A DNA stretch of 61,197 nucleotides, counting the filler. It is 4 parts of 4 records of this genome, joined end to end, with 100 filler letters (N's around TTAATTAATTAA, not from the genome) between each part and the next. Parts side by side here need not be neighbours in the genome. Positions count along the whole stretch, not along the records: positions 1 to 27,239 come from DRR378314_1138; positions 27,340 to 47,143 come from DRR378314_1143; 2 more parts are not named here. One strand, 5' to 3'. The notes beneath the pieces were generated by a model. It saw only the letters and a list, made by a program, of their open reading frames with translations, made no database searches and was not told the origin of the DNA. The stretch's first letter is position 1; every line of letters starts with the position of its first letter. The position numbers and the translations under genes are program-made. Of the stretch, positions 20,620 through 30,110 are shown piece after piece.

Positions 20620-21522
20620 TCAGATCGAGGCCTTATAGATCTTGTCGATATTCGCTCCCAGCGCGGCATTGTAGTCGGCATCCGACATGCCAGCGTTCAG
20701 CCCCTCGGTCAGCGCGCGGCTGAAGGAGGCGATCATCTTGCCGTTCTTGGACAGCCGTTCGCAGGCGTCATCGGTGGAATAGCCGCCCGACAGGGCCACC
20801 ACGCGCACCACGGCGGCATGATCGGCCAGGCTGTCATACAGACCGGCCTCATTGGGGATGGTCAGCTTCAGCGCCACCTTGGTGCCGGAGGGCAGGGCGT
20901 CCAGCTGTGCGGCGATCTCCGCCTTCAGCAGCGCCTCGGCCTCGGATTTGCTGGCGGAGTGGATGTCGACTTCTGGTTCGATAATCGGCACCAGACCCGC
21001 CTTGGCAATCTGCAGACCAACCTCGAACTGCTGCGCGACCACGGATTTGATGCCGATCTCGTTGGCGTCCTTGACCACCGAGCGCATCTTGGTGCCAAAG
21101 ATTCCGGCAGCCTTGGCACGCGTGAGCAGCGCATCGAGATCGGGCATCGGCTTCATCAGCTGTACGCCGTCGGCCTCATCCGCAAGACCCTTGTCCACTT
21201 TCAGGAAGGGCACCACGCCACATTTTTCCCACAGGTAGGTCGGCACTGGCGTGCCATCGATGGCATTGTCCATGGTCTTCTCAAACAGGATCGCCCCGAG
21301 GATCTTTTTGCTGTTGAAATCCGGGGCGGTGATGATGCGGGCGCGCATCTTCTGGATTTCGGCGAACATTTCCTCATCATTGGAATAGGCATCTTCCATC
21401 ACGCCATAGAGCGCCAGCGCCTTGGGGGTGGAGCCACCGGACTGATCCAGCGCGGCGATGAAGCCCTCGCCGGTTGCGATGCGGTCAAACTGTTGCTCAT
21501 GGGTTGCGGTGTCTGTCGCCAT
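20620..21522 (-). CDS. fructose-bisphosphate aldolase, class I (bacterial Fda type)
   Basis: GFIAALDQSGGSTPKAL, GAILFE, FLKVDKGL, FGTKMRS, PIIEPEV, LKLTIP, VVALSGGYS; AGGAGG RBS. Confidence 0.96.
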   Translation of the reverse strand: MATDTATHEQQFDRIATGEGFIAALDQSGGSTPKALALYGVMEDAYSNDEEMFAEIQKMRARIITAPDFNSKKILGAILFEKTMDNAIDGTPVPTYLWEKCGVVPFLKVDKGLADEADGVQLMKPMPDLDALLTRAKAAGIFGTKMRSVVKDANEIGIKSVVAQQFEVGLQIAKAGLVPIIEPEVDIHSASKSEAEALLKAEIAAQLDALPSGTKVALKLTIPNEAGLYDSLADHAAVVRVVALSGGYSTDDACERLSKNGKMIASFSRALTEGLNAGMSDADYNAALGANIDKIYKASI

Positions 21523-21916
21523 GACGCGCGGCCTCCTTGGGAAATGCACGGGTGTTGTGTCGCTCCTTCTATACCGCCGCGGATGAGAGAAACAACAAGC
21601 GCTTTCTGGTGGTTGCGCTAACCTAGGCCGTGACCCAGCGAAAAAACGCCCCCATGGGGAGCATGTGCGATCATGTCGTGCATCTCTGGAATGATGAGGG
21701 CGATTATGACTGGCGCGGCCTGACGGCTGCACCGCGGGCCGGAGGTGTTGGTGATGTCAAGGCCAGTGAGCCTGCACAAACTGCGCAGACACCTCAGTCC
21801 GATGCACGAACCCGACCGCATTGCCGACAGAGCCGGTGAGACCGGCACCGCATCGTCGCAGTCCTTCAGCGGGGCGCTCCGGCAATTCCGGTTGGGCAGG
21901 AAGCTGGCATAGCTGT

Positions 21917-22357
21917 CTAGGCGGCGGCTGCCGAGCCGATAAAATGGCGCAATGCCAGTTGGGGCGCGCGCTTCTCGCGGGTGCGTCCAGCCAGGCGTAC
22001 GGTGTCGAACAGCACCGTCAGGGTCATGTCGCTGAACGACAGGCTCCAGTAGCGGGCATCCATTGCGGCCCAGCGTGCGGCCTTCTCGCTGCCGCAGATC
22101 TCGGTGATATTCCAGGCGGACACCGGATAGGGGGAATCGGACAGCTCATCGACATTCATCGGGTCGACACGAAAATCCAGCACATCATCGAATTCCAGAA
22201 TGGCCAGCCCACCGCCGGCGATCGGCGCGACCTCGTAACACAAGAGCAGCTTGTCCCCGTCGAAAAAGACGGCCGGGACCTCTTCGGTTCCGATCACCGG
22301 GAACTCTTCCCGGGGCTCCTTGCCTGTTTCTGGCATTTGCTTGTCTCCAGCGGCCAT
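21917..22357 (-). CDS. hypothetical protein
   Basis: 146-aa ORF with coding-like GC3 and globular composition; the real start may be ATG 22336. Confidence 0.7.
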   Translation of the reverse strand: MAAGDKQMPETGKEPREEFPVIGTEEVPAVFFDGDKLLLCYEVAPIAGGGLAILEFDDVLDFRVDPMNVDELSDSPYPVSAWNITEICGSEKAARWAAMDARYWSLSFSDMTLTVLFDTVRLAGRTREKRAPQLALRHFIGSAAAA

Positions 22358-22430
22358 TCTCGGCCTCGCTTTGATCGCATCGTCGACTCGGGACGATAGG
22401 CGATTCAGACTTCCAAATTGCTAACAAAGA

Positions 22431-22802
22431 TCAGTTGTTCGCAGCGCCTCCGGCGCGACTGGAGACGGAGACCGAGTTGCCACTTGGGTCCTTGCAATTG
22501 GAAAATTGGTAGCCATCAGCATCGTGTATAGTCCCAAAGGCAAACCCGGCATCAGCAGCGTCGGCGCAGAATGCGGAGACATCTGCGACGTCAAAGACCA
22601 GTTTCACGCAGGCCTGCCCCTGTTTCTGGCTGCGGGCGGCCGGGTGCAGCAGGATTGGTATGCCGGCGGTGGACGGGCGCAGCTCGACGATGCGGTCCCC
22701 CGGAGCATCCTGTCGGGTGTAGCCGAACAGCACGGTGTAGAACGCGACCATCTCGTCGATGCGCTTCGTGTAGAGAATGATGCGGCCCAGTCCAGCTTGC
22801 AT
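22431..22802 (-). CDS. VOC (glyoxalase/bleomycin-resistance) family protein
   Basis: IILYTKRIDEMVAFYTVLFG, KLVFDVADV, KDPSGNSVSV. Confidence 0.88.
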   Translation of the reverse strand: MQAGLGRIILYTKRIDEMVAFYTVLFGYTRQDAPGDRIVELRPSTAGIPILLHPAARSQKQGQACVKLVFDVADVSAFCADAADAGFAFGTIHDADGYQFSNCKDPSGNSVSVSSRAGGAANN

Positions 22803-22863
22803 AGCTCGCTCCGTCTAGCTTGGACGAGAGTGTTGCACCCCTCAACTCTCGTGCCAACAGAAC

Positions 22864-22893
22864 AAAAAAGGGCACCCCGCGTTGGGATGCCCT
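22864..22893 (-). terminator. intrinsic terminator after pyrG
   Basis: Minus strand AGGGCATCCC-AACGC-GGGGTGCCCTTTTTT. Confidence 0.85.
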
Positions 22894-22929
22894 CCTGAAA
22901 TCATGCTGCTATGGCAGGCGCTCCTGACC

Positions 22930-24573
22930 TCAGACCAGACGCGACGTTTCCTTGGCTGCGCGGACGAAGTCCTTGAACAGCGGATGTGGATTGAACGGCT
23001 TGGACTTCAGCTCCGGGTGGAACTGCACGCCAATGAACCACGGGTGGTCGGTCCATTCCACGATCTCCGGCAGGCGGCCATCGGGGCTCATGCCGGTGAA
23101 TTTCAACCCGCAGGCCTCAAGCTTGTCACGGTACTTGATGTCGACCTCATAGCGGTGACGGTGGCGTTCCTCGATGGTGGTGCTTTCGTAGACCTCTGCC
23201 ACCCGAGAGCCCTCGGCCAGCGATGCATCATAAGAGCCCAGGCGCATGGTGCCGCCCTTGTCGTCATCGGCGCTGCGGCTGACCCGGTGGTTGCCCTGTA
23301 CCCATTCTTTGAGGTGGTAAACCACGGGTTCAAAACGCTTTTTACCCGCCTCATGGTCAAACTCTTCCGAACCTGCTTCCTCGATGCCAGCCACGTTGCG
23401 GGCCGCCTCGATGACGGCCATTTGCATGCCGAGGCAGATGCCAAGGTAGGGCACCTTGTGCTCGCGGGCATATTGCGCCGCTTTGATCTTACCTTCGGTG
23501 CCGCGCTCGCCAAAGCCGCCGGGCACGAGGATCGCGTGGAAGCCTTGCAGGTAGGGTGTCGCGTCTTCCGTGTCGAACAGCTCTGCGTCGACCCATTCGA
23601 TACGCACCTTCACCCGGTTCGCCATACCGCCATGGGTCAGCGCCTCGGCGATGGATTTATAGGCGTCCTCAAGCTGGGTGTATTTGCCGACGATGGCGAC
23701 TTTGACCTCACCCTCGGGGTTGTAGATGCGGTCGGCCACGTCTTCCCATGTGTCCAGCGTCGGGCGCGGGGCAGGGGCGATGCCAAAGGCGTCCAGAACC
23801 GCCTGGTCGAGACCTTCGCGGTGATAGGCCAGCGGCGCCTCGTAGATGGATTTCAGATCCTGCGCCGCGATCACGCTGTCTGCACGCACGTTGCAGAACA
23901 ACGCGAGCTTTTCGCGTTCCTTCGCGGGGATCGGCCCCTCGGAACGGCAGACCAGAATATCGGGGGCCAGACCGATGGAGCGCAGCTCCTTCACGGAGTG
24001 CTGGGTCGGTTTGGTCTTCAGCTCGCCAGAGGCCTTGATGTAGGGCAGGAGCGTCAGGTGCATGAAGATACACTGACCGCGCGGCTTGTCCTGGCTGAAC
24101 TGGCGAATGGCCTCAAAGAAGGGCAGCCCTTCAATGTCGCCTACGGTGCCGCCAATCTCGCAGAGCATGAAATCGACCTCATCCTCACCGATGGAGATGA
24201 AGTCCTTGATCTCGTTGGTGACGTGCGGAATCACCTGAATGGTCTTGCCGAGGTAGTCGCCGCGGCGCTCCTTCTCCAGCACGTTGGTGTAGATCCGGCC
24301 GGAGGAGATCGAGTCGGTATTGCGCGCAGGCACGCCCGTGAAACGCTCGTAGTGGCCTAGGTCGAGGTCGGTTTCCGCACCGTCATCCGTTACGAAGACT
24401 TCGCCGTGTTCAAACGGGCTCATGGTGCCCGGATCGACGTTCAGATACGGATCGAGTTTACGCAGGCGTACCGAGTAGCCCCGCGCCTGCAGCAGCGCGC
24501 CAAGAGCGGCGGATGCCAGCCCTTTGCCCAGTGATGAAACAACACCGCCAGTAATAAAGATGAAACGCGCCAT
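22930..24573 (-). CDS. pyrG: CTP synthase
   Basis: [49 protein letters not shown]. Confidence 0.99.
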   Translation of the reverse strand: MARFIFITGGVVSSLGKGLASAALGALLQARGYSVRLRKLDPYLNVDPGTMSPFEHGEVFVTDDGAETDLDLGHYERFTGVPARNTDSISSGRIYTNVLEKERRGDYLGKTIQVIPHVTNEIKDFISIGEDEVDFMLCEIGGTVGDIEGLPFFEAIRQFSQDKPRGQCIFMHLTLLPYIKASGELKTKPTQHSVKELRSIGLAPDILVCRSEGPIPAKEREKLALFCNVRADSVIAAQDLKSIYEAPLAYHREGLDQAVLDAFGIAPAPRPTLDTWEDVADRIYNPEGEVKVAIVGKYTQLEDAYKSIAEALTHGGMANRVKVRIEWVDAELFDTEDATPYLQGFHAILVPGGFGERGTEGKIKAAQYAREHKVPYLGICLGMQMAVIEAARNVAGIEEAGSEEFDHEAGKKRFEPVVYHLKEWVQGNHRVSRSADDDKGGTMRLGSYDASLAEGSRVAEVYESTTIEERHRHRYEVDIKYRDKLEACGLKFTGMSPDGRLPEIVEWTDHPWFIGVQFHPELKSKPFNPHPLFKDFVRAAKETSRLV

Positions 24574-24796
24574 GTTTTCGGCTGCCCCCGTGAGATCGTG
24601 TCAGGTCCAAATCGGTTCAGTCGCGACCCGGGAACCCCCGGATCTCTAGCTGCCCGGCGGTTGTTCAAAACGTGAATTTTCACGCCGGAAAAACCGCAGC
24701 ATCACGGGACTTAACAACTATCAGATTCGCACAGCATGCGCAAGGGAACCGCAAGATGCTGCTACGGTTCCCGAAAGTTTGTCTAGGTTTTGTAGG

Positions 24797-25162
24797 TTAG
24801 TCGGCGCTGGGTACCAGCGGCGCGTTTTCGTCCTGGCTCGGCGGCAGCAGGTCGCTGCCCAGGGGAGAAGCGGGCGCGGACGGTGCGCCATTTTCCGCCG
24901 GTGTGCCGAGGCCGTCGGTGATCGAGGAACGGCTGGATTTCTGTGCTGCCAACACCGTGAGGGTGATGGAGGTCGCGATGAACGCGATGGCCAGAACCCA
25001 TGTGATCTTGCTCAATGCGGTTGCTGCGGCACGTCCGCTCATGGCGCCGCCGCCACCGCCGCCACCCATGCCAAGTCCTCCGCCTTCGGAGCGTTGCAGA
25101 AGAACAACGGCAATGAGGCCGAGCGCCAGAAGAAGATGGATGATGAGAACGACGTTTTCCAT
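24797..25162 (-). CDS. secG: preprotein translocase subunit SecG
   Basis: MENVVLIIHLLLALGLIAVVLLQRSEGGGLGMGGG...LSKITWVLA; directly upstream of pyrG. Confidence 0.95.
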   Translation of the reverse strand: MENVVLIIHLLLALGLIAVVLLQRSEGGGLGMGGGGGGGAMSGRAAATALSKITWVLAIAFIATSITLTVLAAQKSSRSSITDGLGTPAENGAPSAPASPLGSDLLPPSQDENAPLVPSAD

Positions 25163-25315
25163 AGGTTCCTGCGGCTGTTGGCTGAGTATCGAGCGGTTCA
25201 TAGGGAAGATTGCCGGTCGGGGCAAGGGCCGAGTTACGGCGTGCCCGCCCCTGTGGCCTGTCATTCTGTGTCGAACATCTGGACAGGGCGCATTTGCAAG
25301 GGCAAGGTCCAGATC

Positions 25316-25966
25316 ATGCCGCACGATATAGATGACCCGCACAGCCAGCCGCATTCCCATTTGCCCTCTGACCCGGTGCTCCGGGTGCGGGCGCTGGAGA
25401 CGATTCTAACCCGAAAGGGGCTGATCGATCCGGCTGCCTTGGATGAAATCATCGACACTTACGAAAACCATATCGGCCCGCAAAATGGCGCCCGGGTGGT
25501 CGCCCGGGCCTGGGCAGAGCCAGAGTTTCGCGAGGCGCTGCTGACAGATGCAGATGCGGTTCTGGCAAAGCTCGACCTCAATGGGCGGCAGGGCGAACAT
25601 GTGGTGGTGGTGGAAAATACGCCCGCGCGCCACAACATGGTCGTCTGCACCCTGTGCAGTTGTTATCCGTGGCCGCTGCTGGGCATTCCGCCGGGGTGGT
25701 ACAAGTCTGACGCCTATCGCGCCCGCGCCGTGCGGGAGCCGCGCAAGGTGTTGGCGGAATTTGGCGTGACCCTGCCTGCCGAGGTGGCCGTGCGTGTCTG
25801 GGACTCCACCGCCGAGGTCCGCTATCTGGTGCTGCCGATGCGTCCGGCTGGAACCGAGGGCTGGAGTGTCGAAGCGTTGGAGCGGCTGGTCAGCCGTGAT
25901 TCGATGATCGGCACCGGCCTCGCTCTCCAACCAGACGACGCCGCAGCCCGGGGGGCGCAGCGGTGA
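25316..25966 (+). CDS. nthA: nitrile hydratase alpha subunit, cobalt type
   Basis: Metal-binding motif VCTLCSCYPW (T/Y variant indicates Co type), GARVVARAW, VWDSTAEVRYLVLPMRP. Confidence 0.97.
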   Translation: MPHDIDDPHSQPHSHLPSDPVLRVRALETILTRKGLIDPAALDEIIDTYENHIGPQNGARVVARAWAEPEFREALLTDADAVLAKLDLNGRQGEHVVVVENTPARHNMVVCTLCSCYPWPLLGIPPGWYKSDAYRARAVREPRKVLAEFGVTLPAEVAVRVWDSTAEVRYLVLPMRPAGTEGWSVEALERLVSRDSMIGTGLALQPDDAAARGAQR

Positions 25967-26661
25967 GCCGTATTCATGACATGGGGGGGCGTTATGGTGA
26001 CGGCCCGATTGAACCCGAAGCGGAAGACGCGCCGGTCTTCTCCGAGGATTGGCACGCCCGCGCGCTTGCAGTGACGCTGGCGTGTGGCTCGCTCGGCCAG
26101 TGGAACATCGATATGTCGCGCCATGCGCGCGAGCGGCTCAGCCCAGCGGAGTACTCCAGCTTCAGTTACTATGAGAAATGGATGGCGGCGCTGGCCAATC
26201 TTTTGGTGGAACAGGGCGTGTTGAGCCACGAGGATCTGTGCCATCCGCCGGACCTCGCGCCGAACGCCGAACGACCTGCCGCGTCGCATCCACTCAGCCC
26301 GCGCCGACTGCCCGCTCAGAACGTCGCGGCCGTGCTGGCTGCGGGAGGTCCCGCGGATCGCGCGAGCGCGGTCGAGGTGCGATTCCAGCCCGGAGATCGC
26401 GTGCGCACCCGGCGCAGCGCCAATACGCTGGTGGATGGCGGTCACACCCGCCTGCCGACCTATGCCAGTGCCGCGCCGGGGGTGATCCTGCGCCAACATG
26501 GCAGTCACGTGCTGCCGGACTGCAATGCCCACAGTCTGGGCGAGGCGCCGGAGCCACTTTATGCGGTGGTGTTCGAGGCTGGCGCGCTGTGGCCACATGC
26601 CGAGCATCCCGGCGACGAGGTGGTGCTGGATCTGTGGCAAAGCTATCTGGAGCCCGTGTGA
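25963..26661 (+). CDS. nthB: nitrile hydratase beta subunit
   Basis: IHDMGG, SRHARERL, YYEKW, GHTRLPTY, LWQSYLE; 4-nt overlap with nthA. Confidence 0.96.
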   Translation: MSRIHDMGGRYGDGPIEPEAEDAPVFSEDWHARALAVTLACGSLGQWNIDMSRHARERLSPAEYSSFSYYEKWMAALANLLVEQGVLSHEDLCHPPDLAPNAERPAASHPLSPRRLPAQNVAAVLAAGGPADRASAVEVRFQPGDRVRTRRSANTLVDGGHTRLPTYASAAPGVILRQHGSHVLPDCNAHSLGEAPEPLYAVVFEAGALWPHAEHPGDEVVLDLWQSYLEPV

Positions 26662-26996
26662 CCATGCCGCAATGTGACACTCTCCCCACGCCGGTGTTTG
26701 AGGCGCCTTGGCATGCGCAGGCCTTTGCACTGGCCGTGCATTTGAATGAAAGTGGCCTGTTCACCTGGCCCGAGTGGGTCACGGAGTTCTCTGCTGCGCT
26801 TCAGGAGGCCGGGCTGGCGCGTGAGCTGAACGGTGGGGACGATTACTTTGAGATCTGGCTGGCGACCATCGAAGCCATGATGACCGCCGAAGGACATGTG
26901 ACGGCCACCGAGGTCGAGCATGTGAAGCAGGGCTGGGAACGTGCCTACCTCGCAACCCCGCATGGCCAGCCGGTGCATTTGCCAGAGGGCGTCTGA
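26658..26996 (+). CDS. nitrile hydratase accessory/activator protein (P14K-like)
   Basis: [40 protein letters not shown]; 4-nt overlap with nthB. Confidence 0.9.
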   Translation: MTMPQCDTLPTPVFEAPWHAQAFALAVHLNESGLFTWPEWVTEFSAALQEAGLARELNGGDDYFEIWLATIEAMMTAEGHVTATEVEHVKQGWERAYLATPHGQPVHLPEGV

Positions 26997-27117
26997 CAGC
27001 AGTATTGAGTGCCGTGATTGCGGTGAAGTCGCGTCGGATAGAAGTTTCCGGTTTCATCGCCCGCACCGGCTCGCTATACGGGGCGTCGGTTTCAACCCAG
27101 CATGCAAAGGACCTGAG

Positions 27118-27239
27118 ATGGCCAATGTCGTGGTAGTCGGCGCCCAATGGGGCGATGAAGGTAAAGGCAAGATCGTTGACTGGCTCAGCGAACGCGCCGA
27201 TGTGATCGCGCGCTTTCAGGGCGGCCACAATGCCGGCCA
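27118..27239 (+). CDS. purA: adenylosuccinate synthetase, 5' fragment truncated by contig end
   Basis: [24 protein letters not shown]...RFQGGHNAG. Confidence 0.96.
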
Positions 27240-27339
27240 NNNNNNNNNNNNNNNNNNNNNNNNNNNNNNNNNNNNNNNNNNNNTTAATTAATTAANNNNN
27301 NNNNNNNNNNNNNNNNNNNNNNNNNNNNNNNNNNNNNNN
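27240..27339. other. artificial contig spacer
   Basis: 44 N + TTAATTAATTAA (stops in all frames) + 44 N. Confidence 0.99.
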
Positions 27340-27342
27340 CCT

Positions 27343-27367
27343 TTCGCGGGCGAGGCCCGCTCCTACA
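27343..27367 (-). repeat. GTAG-family REP element at contig edge
   Basis: Reverse complement TGTAGGAGCGGGCCTCGCCCGCGAA: GTAG tetranucleotide plus short GC-rich palindrome. Confidence 0.75.
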
Positions 27368-27376
27368 AGGTGGTTT

Positions 27377-28579
27377 TTATTTTAGCTCTTTGGAAGTCAA
27401 TCCGAGGACGCGGCGGGCGATGATCAGCTTCTGGATCTGCTGGGTGCCTTCGAAGATGTCGAGGATCTTGGAATCCCGCGCCCATTTCTCCAGCAGCTCG
27501 TCCTCGGTGTAGCCGATGGAGCCGGCCAGTTCCACGCATTTGAGGGTGACGTAGTTGCCCACGCGGCCGGCCTTGGCCTTGGAGATTGAGGCCTCCACCG
27601 AGTTGGACTGCTTGTTGTCGGCCATCCAGGCCGCTTTCATGGCCAGCCAGTAGGCCGCTTCCCATTCCGCTTCCATGCGGTACAGCTCCGCCTCGGCGGC
27701 GCTGGCGTTGTCCACCGGCTTGCCGTAGTCGTACTCGATCGCTTCGCTGAGCAGTTCCCGGGTCCGTTCCAGCGACGCCTTGGCCACGCCCAGGGCGAAG
27801 CAGGCCACCAGCGGCCGGGTGTTGTCGAAGGTTTCCATCACGCCGCCGAAGCCCTTGGTGTCCACCTCGGGGTTGCCGAGCAGGTTCTCCTTGGGCACCC
27901 GGCAATCGTTGAAGGTGATCGCGGCGGTGTCGGAGGCGCGAATGCCGAGCTTCTTCTCCAGACGCGCCAGCTCCATGCCCGGCGTGCCCCATTCCACCAC
28001 GAACGACTTGATCGCCGCGCGGCCCAGCTTGGGGTCCAGGCTGGCCCACACCACCACGCAGTCGGCGCGCTCGCCGGAGGTGACGTAGATCTTCTCGCCG
28101 TTGAGCACATAGTGGTCGCCGTCTTCCTTGGCGGTGGTGCGGATCGCCGCCGAGTCGGAGCCGGCGCCGGGTTCGGTGATCGCCATGGCCGCCCATTTGC
28201 CCTTGAAGCGCTCCAGCTGCTCGTCGGTGGCGACCGCGGCGATGGCCGCGTTACCCAGGCCCTGGCGCGGCATGGCGAGCAGAAAGCCGGTGTCGCCGTA
28301 GCAGAATTCCAGGGCGCCCAGGCAGGTCATCATGTTGGCGCCGTTCTTCACGCCGCCGTCTTCCTGCACCTTGCCCTTGCCGGTCTGGCTGGCGCCGGCG
28401 GAGTTGGCCGGGTCGCCTTCGTTGAAGCCGTCCAGCACCGAGGCGACCATGTCCAGCTCCTTGGGGCGCTGGTGTTCGGCACGGTCGTATTTGCGGGAGA
28501 TGGGCCGGAAGGTGTTCAGGGCCACCTGCCGGGCATTGTTGATCACCGGTTTGAATTTCTTCGGAATCTCGATGTTCAT
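27377..28579 (-). CDS. acyl-CoA dehydrogenase, catalytic subunit (FadE23-like)
   Basis: AMAITEPGAGSD, LNGEKIYVT, KLGIRASDT, RDSKILDIFEGTQQIQ (catalytic Glu); true start ATG 28579. Confidence 0.93.
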   Translation of the reverse strand: MNIEIPKKFKPVINNARQVALNTFRPISRKYDRAEHQRPKELDMVASVLDGFNEGDPANSAGASQTGKGKVQEDGGVKNGANMMTCLGALEFCYGDTGFLLAMPRQGLGNAAIAAVATDEQLERFKGKWAAMAITEPGAGSDSAAIRTTAKEDGDHYVLNGEKIYVTSGERADCVVVWASLDPKLGRAAIKSFVVEWGTPGMELARLEKKLGIRASDTAAITFNDCRVPKENLLGNPEVDTKGFGGVMETFDNTRPLVACFALGVAKASLERTRELLSEAIEYDYGKPVDNASAAEAELYRMEAEWEAAYWLAMKAAWMADNKQSNSVEASISKAKAGRVGNYVTLKCVELAGSIGYTEDELLEKWARDSKILDIFEGTQQIQKLIIARRVLGLTSKELK

Positions 28580-28610
28580 GCTGTCTCTTCCGTTATGGGT
28601 GCGGGCGGCG

Positions 28611-29918
28611 TTACAGGTGCAGGCCGCCGAAGACCACGCCGATCGCGCGCAGATCGCGATACCAGCGTTCCACCGGGTATTCGTGGGTAAAGCCGTGGCC
28701 GCCCAGCAACTGGACGCCGTCGGTGCCGATCTGCATCGCCTTGTCCTTGACCAGGGTGCGGGCCAGGTGCGTTTCGCGCTGGAAGGGTTTGCCCTGCTCG
28801 GCGCGGCACACGGCGCGGTAGGTGAGCATGCGCATGGCGTCCAGCTCGATGGCGATGTCGGCGACCATGAACGCCACCGCCTGGCGGTGGCTGATCGGCT
28901 CGCCGAACGCTTTGCGTTCGTTGCAGTAGGGCACCACGTAGTCGAGTACCGCCTGGGCGGTGCCGATGGCCAGCGCGCACCAGGCCAGGGTGCCCAGATC
29001 GATGAACTCACGGTAGTTGAAATCGTCGTCGCCGAGGCGGTTGGCGTCGGGCACGCGCACCTTGTCCAGCAGCAGCGGTCGCTGACCGCTGGCGCGGATG
29101 CCCATGGACGGATCGTCGCCGGCGCTGAGGCCGTCACTGCCGCCTTCGACGATGAACACCGCTGGGCCGTCGCCGGTTTCGGCGACGACCAGGAACAGTT
29201 CCGCTTCGGCGGCCAGCGGCACCAGGGATTTCTCGCCGCTGAGCAGCCAGTCGTCGCCGTCGCGGGTGGCGGTGGTGCGCAGCGTCATGGGATCGAACAG
29301 CGGACGGGGCTCGCACACCGCGATGGTGGCCAGGGGCGCGTCCTCACCGGCGAAGGTGGACAGGTACTTATCCTGCTGCACGGCGGAGCCCCAGCGGGTC
29401 AGGGCGTTGGCCACGCCCATCGGCGCCAGCACCGCCACCGCCTGGCCCATGTCGCCGCGCGCCAGCTCCTCGGCCACCAGCATGCTGGTCACCGTGGAGC
29501 GTTCGGCGGCGGCGCCGCCCAGGGCTTCGGGTACGGCGAAGAAATTCAGGCCCAGTTCCCGGGCCTGGCTTTGCACGTCGTCGCTGGTGCGTTGCTCGGC
29601 GTCCGACTGTTCCGCGTTTTCGCGCAGCACCTCGGCGGCGAAGGCCCGCACGCTGTCGCGGATCATCTGCTGCTCGTCGGTGATGCCCAGGTCGAACAGG
29701 CCGGTGGTGTGCCCCGGCGCGTCGAGACGCTGCGGCTTGTCGGACGGATTGTTGGATTTAAACGCGCGGGCGCTGGTGGTGATCACCTGGAAGCCGCCCT
29801 TGGTGAGGCGGTAGGCAAGCCGCTCCGCGGTGTGGCGCATACCCAGGCGGTCGAGCATCGATGAGCCGGCCAGCCGGTTCAGCGCGCTCAGGGCAAAGCC
29901 GATTGCGTCTTTCGCCAT
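28611..29918 (-). CDS. acyl-CoA dehydrogenase-like partner subunit (FadE24-like)
   Basis: ACAD fold motifs (ERKAFGEPISHRQAV, VQLLGGHGF, VERWYRDLR) but it ends GVVFGGLHL with no YEG/FEG motif. Confidence 0.9.
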   Translation of the reverse strand: MAKDAIGFALSALNRLAGSSMLDRLGMRHTAERLAYRLTKGGFQVITTSARAFKSNNPSDKPQRLDAPGHTTGLFDLGITDEQQMIRDSVRAFAAEVLRENAEQSDAEQRTSDDVQSQARELGLNFFAVPEALGGAAAERSTVTSMLVAEELARGDMGQAVAVLAPMGVANALTRWGSAVQQDKYLSTFAGEDAPLATIAVCEPRPLFDPMTLRTTATRDGDDWLLSGEKSLVPLAAEAELFLVVAETGDGPAVFIVEGGSDGLSAGDDPSMGIRASGQRPLLLDKVRVPDANRLGDDDFNYREFIDLGTLAWCALAIGTAQAVLDYVVPYCNERKAFGEPISHRQAVAFMVADIAIELDAMRMLTYRAVCRAEQGKPFQRETHLARTLVKDKAMQIGTDGVQLLGGHGFTHEYPVERWYRDLRAIGVVFGGLHL

Positions 29919-30055
29919 GATCCCTTCCCGTTATTCAGTGGTAACGAATGAAGGTTGATTATCAGGCAGATCGGCTGAGTCTCATTGACTCCCTTGCCTT
30001 TCGCGCACGGCGACGCGGCCACCGGCTGTTTCTACGGCCAACTTTCAACGCCAAC

Positions 30056-30086
30056 AAAAAAGGGCCGGCGGATGCCGGCCCTTTTT
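30056..30086 (-). terminator. intrinsic terminator after OmpA-family gene
   Basis: AAAAAAGGGCCGGC-GGAT-GCCGGCCCTTTTT. Confidence 0.88.
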
Positions 30087-30110
30087 GGGTTGAAGAGAAC
30101 GCTGGACGAC

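Noticed and set aside
22882..24360. Long antisense ORFs (for example opposite pyrG, lepA, tolC, ACADs, cti)
   Set aside because: Typical shadow ORFs of high-GC coding sequence, with no motifs or RBS.
24779..25315. N-terminal extension of nitrile hydratase alpha (395-aa ORF)
   Set aside because: It overlaps secG antisense, and family similarity begins only at ATG 25316.
27284..27295. TTAATTAATTAA repeated three times in the window
   Set aside because: Always centred in N-runs of identical length, so it is a synthetic all-frame-stop linker and not a biological repeat.
27377..29137. 586-aa ACAD ORF suggesting a fusion or frameshift with the upstream ACAD
   Set aside because: The extension is an alternate frame of the neighbouring gene. 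The real start is ATG 28579 and the upstream gene has its own stop.
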